Made by a program: the position numbers and the translations under genes
Notes under the pieces: generated by a model
Database searches by the model: none
Seen by the model: only the letters and a program-made list of their open reading frames with translations
Told to the model about the DNA's origin: nothing
DNA from: Tetramitus jugosus
Taxonomy: Eukaryota > Protista > Heterolobosea
Direction: 5' to 3'
DNA: 64,000 nucleotides
Assembly (NCBI GenBank): GCA_937625935.1
Contig: OW569379.1
Location: 310,001 to 374,000, forward strand
In this document: positions 21,654-32,795 of the stretch, one piece after another
Position numbering within the stretch: position 1 is the stretch's first letter
Layout: every line of letters begins with the position of its first letter

Positions 21654-22107
21654 ATTCCCTCTTTCATTGTTGGACCCGGCAAAAACAATCTTTTGTTCGT
21701 AGCGTCGCTCTTTGTAACACCTGCACATAATGTTGCAGAAAGAGCCTACGATTCGATCAAAGCCACCTCACGATCTGTACGTGTGAATGAGAGAAACCCA
21801 TTTTTGAGTGTACATAAAAAACAATTTATTTCATTACCAAGTTCATTACATTGAAACCAACTTTCTCCGACATTATTTACCGTAGCTTTTTTTCTTGGAA
21901 ATCGGCGGGAATGATTTGCGGGTTCGTCCAAACTGTTTTCTGAGTCATCACCAACCGAATTCGAGCCGAAGTCTGCTCGAACTCACACCGAATCACCCAT
22001 CACTTTGTCATGCCACTGCCCACATCCCAAAAGTTACGAGACATCGTGTCACCACAATCAAACCAAAGAGTCACAAAGCAATTTTTGTTTGTCATAAGAA
22101 ACGAAGA

Positions 22108-24390
22108 ATGGCAGAGAGCAACAAATGCATGAATTTTAAGCTGCTCAGTCGATCAGATCCCATGTCCATTGTCCTGAGCTTTTTTGACTTTGAGAGTCTG
22201 GTGCATACTTTGATGAGAGTCAACAAGGATTTTTTCTATTGGGTCACTTCGAGTATCGAGACTGTGCGCTTCTGTCAGAATTGGAATCAGTCAAAGTGTA
22301 GAGCAATGGATCGTGTTCTTCTGCGATATTGTACTCAGAGTTTGAGACATTTTGCAGTCAAGAATACCTATTGGGGTGGGTGTGACTTTAAACTGAGTCA
22401 TTTCCCTAACTTAACATCATTTCGGTGCGAGGATCAATTGCAGGACAAATCTGAAGCCAGTTTATTGGGTGACTTGCTTTTGGTATCGAAAGAAGAACCA
22501 GATCCAAACCAGAAACTAAAGAACTTGTATTTTAATTTGGATAATATTCGACCAGATACGTTAGAGGTTGTGATCAATCACTTGGAAAGTAATTCAAGGG
22601 TGTACAAGTGCAGAAATTTTGACTCTATAATATTTTCGAATAATCATACCACGACTCGATTTACTCCATTGCTCTTTCATGTTTTAAATGAGGGAGCATC
22701 AGCGAACAATGTTGTTAAGCATTTAGAGTTGAGACACTTTTCTAAGATCAATGAAATTTTGGTTGATTTGAAAGGAATGCTTTCTAGAGCACAGGGTGTA
22801 AAGCTTAAGGTTGAATCCATTCGATTCATCTCATGTAATATATTCTCTGATGAATCCTTACAGTGTTTGTGTGACTTATTTGACAATAGATACCTGAAGG
22901 CGCTTCATTTCGAAATGACGAACGGTAACATTAGCATTCAATCAGGTTGGAACACAATACTACCACACTTTTCGAGGTTGATTCACTTTTCTTGTGACTC
23001 CTTTGTGCTTGGATCCAGCGATGATGCTAGCCCGCAGTACTCTGGAACCTTTCGATCTCTTTCATATCTGCATGAATTGCAGTCTTTGCGTTTGAGCTTT
23101 TACAAGTTCAGGGAGGAATTAACGCCAAGTTCTCGAGAGAAATGTGCTTTGTATGGAGCTGATTTCATTCGAACTTTGTTGCCTTTGATTAACTTGAAAA
23201 AACTTCTTGTCACGGATATGGGAGAAGTATTGACACAAGAGGCTCTTGAAAATGGTTTGAAGCAAATTGAGTACGATGATATGAAACAGAATTGCTTCCA
23301 AAGTTTATCTACTCTTAAGCTTTGCAATGCAAAGATTAAGTCGCTTGATCCTCTATTCAAGTTGATCCACGAAAATATTGAAGATCTCCAAATTGAGTAT
23401 TGCTGCAATGTAGAGCGAATGGCCGAACATCCAGAACAAATAGGTTACTTCCATAAACTACGAACTCTGAATCTAATGAGGATGAAGTATTTATCAAGAG
23501 GCACGATTGGCTTTCTAGCAGATCGGATGGGAGACATTCGTTCATTGAGCTTGTCAAATTGTGAATCGATTCCAGATCTGTGTCGTATTGGGGAACTCGA
23601 GCATTTGCGGCAACTCAATTTAACTGGACTAAAGCGGATCTGTGATGATGATTTGAAGTTCTTATCTCCCTTAAAGAAGCTTTATGATTTAAATATGACG
23701 AGTTTGAAGAATTTGAAGGGTTATGGCTTCCGTCACTTACTCAAAGAATGTAATGAAGGAACATATGAGTCGGTACTTCCTGAGCTCAGAGTAGTTAGAA
23801 TGGACTGGTGTAAGAACTTGTGTGACGAATTTCTAATTAATATCCAATGGTTCTCCAGTATAGAGCATTTGAGTCTGATTCACAGCGTACGTCTAGAAAG
23901 GTTTGAACACTTGGGTAAATTAACCAATTTGAGACACCTGTCTCTGACTAGAGTGCCTCTCATCACTGATGAGTCTCTCGCAAGTATCATTTCTCAGACT
24001 CACAACCTATTGTCACTTCATATCAATGGTGGATATCAAAAATTGAATCAAGCCCTAACGAATGAATCCCTCAAACAGATTAGTTCTCTGAAAATGCTTC
24101 GAAGTTTGGAGCTGAACTTTTGTGGACACAATCTAACAGATGAAGGGTTATGTTACTTGCAACCACTCAAGTACCAGCTGATAGCGTGTAATTTCCTTCG
24201 TTGTCCTGGTCTCAAGAAGCGAGCTCTTACTCTAGCTTTGCCACACACTTCAGTGTGCAAAGAATCTGATCCAGCAAAACAAAGTTGGAAGGAAATCGTA
24301 CAGGGAATCAGCAAGTGGATACTCATGTTTTTCTTTTTCGTCCAAATGTTGATAGGCAAGTGCTTACACTTCTTCGGCTTGGGCCAATAA
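22108..24390 (+). CDS. F-box-like / leucine-rich repeat (AMN1/FBXL-type) protein
   Basis: N-terminal IVLSFFDFESLVHTLMRVNKDFF (F-box-like); repeated LxxLxLxxC/ITDESL LRRs. Confidence 0.75.
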   Translation: MAESNKCMNFKLLSRSDPMSIVLSFFDFESLVHTLMRVNKDFFYWVTSSIETVRFCQNWNQSKCRAMDRVLLRYCTQSLRHFAVKNTYWGGCDFKLSHFPNLTSFRCEDQLQDKSEASLLGDLLLVSKEEPDPNQKLKNLYFNLDNIRPDTLEVVINHLESNSRVYKCRNFDSIIFSNNHTTTRFTPLLFHVLNEGASANNVVKHLELRHFSKINEILVDLKGMLSRAQGVKLKVESIRFISCNIFSDESLQCLCDLFDNRYLKALHFEMTNGNISIQSGWNTILPHFSRLIHFSCDSFVLGSSDDASPQYSGTFRSLSYLHELQSLRLSFYKFREELTPSSREKCALYGADFIRTLLPLINLKKLLVTDMGEVLTQEALENGLKQIEYDDMKQNCFQSLSTLKLCNAKIKSLDPLFKLIHENIEDLQIEYCCNVERMAEHPEQIGYFHKLRTLNLMRMKYLSRGTIGFLADRMGDIRSLSLSNCESIPDLCRIGELEHLRQLNLTGLKRICDDDLKFLSPLKKLYDLNMTSLKNLKGYGFRHLLKECNEGTYESVLPELRVVRMDWCKNLCDEFLINIQWFSSIEHLSLIHSVRLERFEHLGKLTNLRHLSLTRVPLITDESLASIISQTHNLLSLHINGGYQKLNQALTNESLKQISSLKMLRSLELNFCGHNLTDEGLCYLQPLKYQLIACNFLRCPGLKKRALTLALPHTSVCKESDPAKQSWKEIVQGISKWILMFFFFVQMLIGKCLHFFGLGQ

Positions 24391-24624
24391 AAAATACGCT
24401 GTAAAATACAAAGAGCGGGAAAACTACATACACATCAGTTATCATCTCTGTCAGTTGTTCTCATGTATCAGATATCAAACGTCAGAAAATCGAAATCCCC
24501 GACCAAGGCCTCACAAAAAAAACTTGGGTGAAAAATCAGGCACCCACACAACACACAAACAACAAATCATCAAGCGCACCAACAAGATTCTTTTTGAGCT
24601 TTCTTAAAAACAAATTTGTGAAAA

Positions 24625-27600
24625 ATGTTTGGAATCGGTCGTTCAAGTGGTGGACTCAATGAAAAAACAGAAAAGAAAATTTTGGATGACGCAACACCTC
24701 CAATCAAACGATTTCAATACCTGAGCAAATTTACAGAGAGTTCTACTGAAACGGAAGTGAGACCATTTTATTCTACGAATTACTCAAAGATTTACAAGAT
24801 TTTCCTGGATGCACTATTGGCACTCGACAGTCAAGCAAAAGCTTCAAGAAGTAATGTGTTGTTTATTTGATTATTTGATTGTTGTTTTTTGTTAGAGCTC
24901 AAATATTTATACGTGTGGTTTTGTGCATTTGTTTTTTTAAAATATTCGTCACGATGATGATATGGTTGTTGTGTTATTGTTGATCAATATTTATATACAG
25001 ACAAGACGATTGCAACTTCTGAAATCTTGTCTCTGGGTACCATTTTGTACAATTTGTTTAAGCATGCGAGAAATATTATTCAAAAAAAGTGGCAACAGAG
25101 ATCGATTATACACTACTTGGAATGTTTCTTGAATGAATCCAATGCGTTTGTCGTTAAGAAGAAGGGTCTCGAACTATTATTATTGTTCCTTGATATTATG
25201 CAGGATGGTGTCGATACAAAGGTGATCGATCTTTTGATGAACACGTTGAAATTTGAACCATTTGTCGAAGGATCTGTAAAATTACCAACATATGAAGTGA
25301 GAGGTATGTTGTTGTTGTTTCTGTTTGGTGCCATTGAATCTTTGATGTTTTTGATAGTATACTAACGAACTTAATTTGTACATGCACGTACGCACGCACA
25401 CAGATATCAACGAAGATGAAAAATTGAAGATTGCTCCAGACACGAATCCAACTCTCAACGAGCAACAATCACTCGAGTTCTTTGGCATCTTATTTTCATT
25501 CATCAAGACTAGCTCTGATCAATTTGATTACTGGTGGTCATTCTTCAAGTCGCGTTTGGCTCCCATTTTGTACCCTAATGAGTGTAAGTCACTAGAACTG
25601 TTGAACAAGTTGGATGATATGGGATTTGTGGAGAAGTGTCCATACAAGATTCATTTGCTCGTCATGGACACCATTCTTGATGCTTTGGAGAGTCCAAAGA
25701 AGAGTGATGTGCTCTATCAGACCGATAAGGACATTTATATGTTTTTGTTGATCTTTAGACAGAGTTTCATGCTACCTCCTCAACACTATGACTCCTTGTC
25801 CAAGATGATGAAGACGTATCGTTCATGGATCTGCAAGGACTACTTTTTGTACAATTGGCCAGACATTATGGAAAGAAGCAGAAATACGTACTACAGAGTG
25901 TTTATTGACAATTTGGCACAGGCATTTTACATGGAGGGTGATGATGCATCAATGGACTTGCATTTGCAAATGTGTTATGATGCTCTCGATATCTTCATGT
26001 TTTTCAGTACTATTCCTGACAAGGTGGAATTTGAGACTTGGTATGTTGTTTATTGTTGTTGTTATTTGTCAACATACCAATGGTGGTATTGAATGACCTG
26101 TTCTATTGCATGTTACTGACCGACCACATTTTTATTTGTAAAACAGGAACGATCTATTGTCCGCTCATTTGCAAATTGTGGAGCATTTGATTACAGTGGG
26201 TCAGAATCAAGCTGATCCTTCAATTGCCAAGTTCCTCGAGCGAACATGTGTCAGAAACTTATTTGTATTGTGGATGAGAGTGCATCCAAGCGATGACTAT
26301 GTAGATTTATGGAATGGTATTTATGAGTTGACAGCGAAATATATGGGCACTGAATCTATATTCACCATGTGGAGCAACACTGTCATGAATTTGACTCGAG
26401 TGATCATCCATAGAATATTTGGTCTTACATTTGATTTGATTGATGCTGATTTTAATGAATATACCACCGAATTGTTTGACCTCGAAAGAAAGAATAAGAA
26501 GTGGAAGACTACAACCAAGGTTGATACAACTCAATTGATGAGCGAGCTGTTTTTGAAGTTGCCTGAGGATATTATTTTGCATTTGTGGCACAAAATGATC
26601 AACATGTATGGTGCTGACAATAATACTATTCCACCTCCATTGCACATCAAGAAGGTGAAGGTAGTTTCTGATATGATCAACCTCTATTTGTCAATTTCTC
26701 AAAAGGAGGTGAAGGCAATCAAGGGTACTACTCCGCCACCATTCTTGCACTCTCCTGAAAACAATAAGCTAATGACATTGTTTATGGAGTGGTTAATCGA
26801 AGCTTGTTCTCGCACGGACGATAAGTTTGCTGAAGGTAGATATATTGCCTATGTGTCACTTTGTAAGATCGTTTGTCAAAAGTGCAGTCAGACTGTTGAT
26901 AAGAAGTTCTTAGCACATTCGTACAGATTATTGCATTATGGACTGTCTCCTGTCGCAGGAGGAACACCAAAGACTGTTGAAGCAATCTTCCTCAATGCCC
27001 GATACTTGTTCAGTCTTGGCCACAATGGTGCTAACATTCTGATACCTGACTTCTTGGAGAGTGCCTCTCGTATTTTAAAGGAAAGTCAAAACAAAGACCT
27101 CAGAGTGTCTGCCATCCATGTTTTACTATCAACCATTGGTATTTGTTACTTCTATGAACAAGGAGAACTTCCTGATGTTGCTGCTATGGTGAAAGCAAAG
27201 AAGATTGTAAGTGATGAAAATGGTTCAAAGAAGAATACGTTCAGCACTTTGAGAACCAAGATTTGCCAAATGTTAATGTTAGCTGTTGTTGATGATCAAT
27301 TCTCTGAGGTTCAAATTAAGTGTTTGTGGGGTCTCTACACAATCGTTCACCAGAGATTGACATCATTTGGCGAAGATGGATTATCAGTTAAATTTATCAT
27401 TGACTCTCTGATTGGATTCATTTGTCACAAGGATGATACCGTTGCACAAGCAGCACAAGATGCGATCATCTCCATGGCCCACATGGACTTATTCCCAAAG
27501 TTAGGTGATACTACCATCAAAACTATTGTTTGTGCAATATGCGACAACTTGACATCCATTTTGAAAACAAATAACATGACCAGATCGAAGTTGCTCAAGA

Positions 27601-29540
27601 ATATGTTTTATACATTGGTTGAGATACTCTCGTATGTTCCTAGTGCTATTCTAGAGCTCAAGGAGGTTTCGTTCAAGTTATTTAACTCAATTCAACTTGG
27701 TTTGGCTGTTGTTCCTTTGTCTTCTCTGACTGACCCTAAGTTCAAGATTATTAAGGACAATGCAGCTGCTACTGCTGCTCCAACAGAGCAAGAGAGGATT
27801 CATGATGTTGCAGTGGCAGCAGAAGTATTGTTGTCGTTCGCACTGAATGCTTATGGTCAGTTCCCATGTCCTAACGGTGCTGCTCGTATCAGCTCTGCCC
27901 TGAGTGAATTTGATCTTTTGGAGGAAGGAGCTAATGGTATCATTGAACCCTCTCCAAAGGTCCATCATTTCATTTTTAATGACTATACCCTTTTAACCGT
28001 TATGGAGAGTCCTACTCAACCTGAATGCTGTCGTATCATCGTAAGAGACATGACAGGAAAGTACTGCTGGGAACAAAAGATGGTCTTCTCCAACCAGCAG
28101 GCTACCTTTAAGAATCTGATGGCTCACACTAATGGTGCAAATATTGAGGCTGATGACGAGCCGAGTGAACATCCTAATGAGATTACAGTGCCTACAGTTA
28201 GAGAAACATCATCTTCTCCAGCTTCACCTACTGAGACGACTCCAATTGCTGAATCACTCGACATACAAGAGGAAAGCGTTCAATCAAGCGAAGAACCACC
28301 AGCTACTGAAGAGCCTATTACTGAGGTTGAATATTGTGAAGATAATGTTCAAGGTTCTGCCGAGATTGACTATCCACATTATGATCCTGATATCGACACA
28401 GACAAGACTGATATGCTTGAGATCCTTCAACATTATGTTGAACAAGTTTTCCCAGAGTGTGATGCCTATTCTGTAGCCTCTAAGGTTAAGATGAGCGAAT
28501 ATGAATGTGATACTCACGATATCCCGGAGAAGATGGAGAAGCAATCTCATTCAGAGCAATTGTTGTTATCACAAACAGAACATAGTTCGTTCGTTCCTGT
28601 GATTCCTCCTCAGAAGCAAGATCCAATGGAACTTGTTGTGTTCAAGGCATTTAGAGCTCTTTTGAACAATGTTGGTTACTTAAACCCATCTACACGTAAC
28701 TGCTTCGCTCGTATTGATGCAAATCATAAGTTCTACAGAACCTTGAAGCAGTTTGATAAGATTGGAGAAAGAGAAACCATTAAGATTGGTGTAATTTATG
28801 TTGGTAACAATCAAGAATCTGCCAGAGATCTGATTAAGGCAGAGAATGGAAGCGACTTGTACAAGGACTTCATCCAAGGTCTGGGCTGGGAGGTTGATTT
28901 GAAGACCCACGTTGGTTTCATGGGTGGATTAGATGCTGGCTTAACCACCGGTCTCACTGCCCCTTACTACTCCAATGCCACAACCGAAACAATCTTCCAT
29001 GTTGTCACCAATATGCCAACAAAGCCAAACGACCAACAGCAAATTCATAAGAAGAGACATATTGGTAATGATATTGTTCATGTCATTTGGAGCGAACATG
29101 ACAGAGATTACAGACCATGGACAATTACTTCTCAGTTTAACTTTGTGCACATTGTAGTTTATCCATTGAAAGATCCATTCTTCCGAGTTCAGATCTTCAC
29201 TAAGCCAGAAGTGCCACTCTTCGGACCATTGGTAAATGGAATGGTTGTCGACAAGAAGGTTTTGGCTCCATTGGTAAGAATGACTGCTATCAATGCAAAC
29301 AAGGCAGTACGATACAGCACCGAAGGTTACAACAAACCATATCCAACGAGAAGAGCATACGTCAATGAGATTAGTGAGAGATACAAGATGAACAACGTGA
29401 AGAATGAGGACTTCTTGAAGCCACTCTTCTTTGATCAAATCTACTCTGGAACTGACCAAGAAATCGTTCCACACAATGACCTGGCAACTGAAGTAGACCA
29501 AGACATGAAGTCTTCTGATGATACCACTGAAATCTACTAA
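24625..29540 (+). CDS. Ral GTPase-activating protein alpha-like (C-terminal Rap-GAP domain); introns 24851-25000, 25304-25403, 26041-26146
   Basis: N-terminus KKILDD..RFQYL..YSKIYKIF resembles RALGAPA. IIVRDMTGKYCW; RapGAP core RETIKIGVIYV, GLGWEVDL, FHVVT, KKRHIGNDIVHVIW. Three GT-AG introns restore the frame (TACTAAC branch point in intron 2). Confidence 0.85.
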
Positions 29541-29775
29541 ACACGCTCCTCTCACAACACAGCATCCATTGTGTAAAATACGATACATTGTAAAACACTC
29601 ATAATTATTACATCTTTCCAGATCGGAATCTCCATTTTCTAAAGTCCTTGAGCCCGTAGAAACCGCGCAAGATTGACCGTTCCCGCTCGGCATGTCTTTC
29701 AACTCGCCACTCACACAACCACTCAACCAACAAAAACTACACCCGAAGAACAACGTGCCTTACTTGTATCCTTGA

Positions 29776-30960
29776 ATGGACATTTCCCAACTCACACCAA
29801 TCGAACAACAACTATGTATAGTCTTCTCTCTCCGACAAAAGGAGGAAGGAAATCAGTGCATGTCTCTCAAGAGATATCACCAGGCCATTCATCACTACTC
29901 GAACGCGATTAGGATCTCTTCTCATACAGATTCATCCTTTTATACCAATAGAGCACTTGCTTTTATCAAACTAGGTCAGAACTATCAACAAGTTCTGAGT
30001 GATTTGGATCAAGCTGAACTCGTTTTGCAGAACTATGAAGGAACGTTTGGAACTGATCGAAAGGAGTGTCATGGTGGTGGTAGATCACAGACCACAACAA
30101 CAGCAACAACAGACAGCGATCACCAGGCGTGCCAGTTGTCCGATCGAAAACAATACGTCGAACGAAAATTAAAAATTGTAACGATTCGAGCACAGTGTCT
30201 CTTTGAGCTTGCACGCTACAGAGAAGCATCTGAACAGGCCAATATCATATTGACCTATTTGCATCAAGAGGATTGCATTGTAAAGTATAGCATGAATAAG
30301 GACAAGAAGCTAATGGTTTCTGATACTTGGAAGAAGAGTGTAGCAAACTTTACAAAGATTAAGGAACTTTGTCATATGCGAATGAGCGAGTTCAATTTGA
30401 TCACTGCCAATGGTCAATACAAGAGAAACTTTGTAGAGGAGTTTAGTGAGTGTCAAGAGCTTGTTGAATGCATCTTTTCATACATGTGCCCACCAGACTT
30501 GTTGCGTTGTGCAGCTGTTTGCACCAATTGGCGTCAAATTGCAACAAACAATTACTTTTGGAAGCCATTCTGTGAGAAGAGATGGATGGGTAAGCAAACT
30601 ATCCAATTTCAGTCAGTGTTGATGAAGAGTCAATCGAATCCAATTTTTGATTGGAGAAGACGATTTTATGAAGCAGAACATGAAGCCAATCGTGTCAAAA
30701 TTACTGTAGAAGAACTGTCCAAGATTGGCTTTTCACTCGTCATGCCTCACATGCACAATCATTCAACAAAAGCTAGGTTCCACTCTAATTTTACCATGGA
30801 GTTCCAAGGTATGAGAATGGATTGGAAGTTTGTCGATCTAGGTTACAAAATTCAAGTTTCCGAGTATCCTCCATTGAAGGTCTCAAGAGACAAGAACAAT
30901 TGGGGCTGGGTTCTTACCAATGATTATGCAGTACTCCGAAGTGAGACTTTTGATCCATAA
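29776..30960 (+). CDS. TPR-repeat plus F-box protein
   Basis: KEEGNQCM..YHQAIHHYSNAI and YTNRALAFIKLG TPRs; ELVECIFSYMCPPDLLRCAAVCTNWRQIA F-box. Confidence 0.8.
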   Translation: MDISQLTPIEQQLCIVFSLRQKEEGNQCMSLKRYHQAIHHYSNAIRISSHTDSSFYTNRALAFIKLGQNYQQVLSDLDQAELVLQNYEGTFGTDRKECHGGGRSQTTTTATTDSDHQACQLSDRKQYVERKLKIVTIRAQCLFELARYREASEQANIILTYLHQEDCIVKYSMNKDKKLMVSDTWKKSVANFTKIKELCHMRMSEFNLITANGQYKRNFVEEFSECQELVECIFSYMCPPDLLRCAAVCTNWRQIATNNYFWKPFCEKRWMGKQTIQFQSVLMKSQSNPIFDWRRRFYEAEHEANRVKITVEELSKIGFSLVMPHMHNHSTKARFHSNFTMEFQGMRMDWKFVDLGYKIQVSEYPPLKVSRDKNNWGWVLTNDYAVLRSETFDP

Positions 30961-31285
30961 AATACCAATAAGTAATATTATTATGTACAACTTTTTCAGT
31001 TCACATCGTTTAACTGATGATTTTTAGCACTCAAAGGTCTTCAGTTCGAACATCTCAAACACTGTAGAATTGGGCGTTTCTACTCTTCCCTGACAGGAAT
31101 TTCCATGTCGGATCAACACTGATCCAAAAATTCTGGGTGCCACGAAATTTCTCTCTGGAATTTTGTCAATGGTCAAAATATCGTGTTGGATAAGAGATCT
31201 CTCGTCGTGTGTTTCAACAAAATAAACAACAACAATCAATCCAAACCAAAAAACACCCAATCAAATTTGATCAATATCTGTGAAA

Positions 31286-32747
31286 ATGTCCAACAATCAA
31301 ATCGATACATCTGTACCAGCACTTGCCATTCTCTGTGGAGGCGGTCCAGCTCCAGGTATGTTTGAATCAAAATTTTGGCGCCTCTTTTTTTTGGCGCTCA
31401 AAACTGTTCATTGTAGATCTCATCACGCACACAAGAGCTTTGAAACGCTGACCACTGACACATTGATCAAATAACAAACATTGATCTATAGGATTGAACG
31501 GAGTGATCTCTGCTGCAACCATTGAAGCAATCAACAATGGTCTCAGAGTCGTTGGATTCAAGGAAGGATTCAAGCACCTCATGTCTGGTCAAATTGAGCT
31601 CGAACAAGAAACACAAATGGTTGAGCTCACCATCTCTGACGTCTCCAGAATTCACTTCCAAGGTGGAAGTATCCTGAGAAGCTCTCGTTCCAACCCAACA
31701 AAGAAGCCAGAACACATGCAAAGCGTCCTAAAGACACTTGAACGATACAATGTTCAATACTTGGTGACCATTGGTGGTGATGACACTGCCTTCTCTAGCA
31801 TGAGCGTTTCCAAGGCCAGTGAAGGAAGAATTCACGTTGTTCACGTGCCAAAGACTATTGACAATGATTTGCCATTGCCAAAGGGTATTCCAACATTTGG
31901 TTTCCAAACTGCTAGAGAATTCGGTACTGCCATCATTCGTAACTTGATGGAAGATGCAAAGACTGCTAGCAGATACTTTATTGTGATTGCTATGGGAAGA
32001 TCTGCTGGACATTTGGCACTCGGTATTGGAAAGAGTGCTGGTGCTCATTTGACCATTATTCCTGAAGAATTTATTCAAGCAGGTGTCAAGATTACACTCA
32101 AGGGCATTTGTGATTTGATCGAGGGCAGTATTTTGAAGAGAAGAATGCAGGGCAAGGACCACGGTGTTGTCGTTTTGGCCGAAGGTGTCATGGAATACAT
32201 TTCCGAGGAGGAGTTGATTGCTGCTTTTGGACAAGAGAATTTGGTGAGAGATCCTCATGGTCATATCCAGTTGGCCGAGTTGGACATTGGTAGAGCAATC
32301 AGAGATGAAATGAGACGCAGATGTCAAAAGCACAAGTATCCAACTAACTTTACTGAGAAGTATGTTGGTTATGAATTGAGATGTGCTCCTCCTAATGCAT
32401 TCGATCGTGAATACACCAGAGATTTGGGATTCGGAGCTGTCAAGTTCCTATTGGACGAAAACAAGCCTGAGCATCTGAAGCACGGTGCCTTGATCACTAT
32501 GCAAGGTGAGGACTTGGTGCCAATGTCTTTCGATGACTTGAAGGACCCAGAAACTGGACGTGCTCGCATCAGACTCGTCGACACAAAGGGTGAAGGTTTC
32601 GAAGTTGCTGTCAAGTACATGATCAGACTTGGCCCAAAGGACTTTACAGACGCCAGCAGATCTAGCAAATTGGCTGAATTGTCTGGAAGATCAGTCGAAG
32701 ATTTCAAGAAAGACTTTGAACATTTGGTTCACGAACATGCTCATTAG
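31286..32747 (+). CDS. pfp: Pyrophosphate-dependent phosphofructokinase; intron 31356-31491
   Basis: GGGPAPG|LNGVI across the intron, GGSIL, IGGDDT (Asp specifying PPi), PKTIDND, MGR, GYELRC. Confidence 0.93.
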
Positions 32748-32795
32748 GGTAATATCATTGTAGTTATAAAAAAATTCCTTTACAAAACCAGCAAT

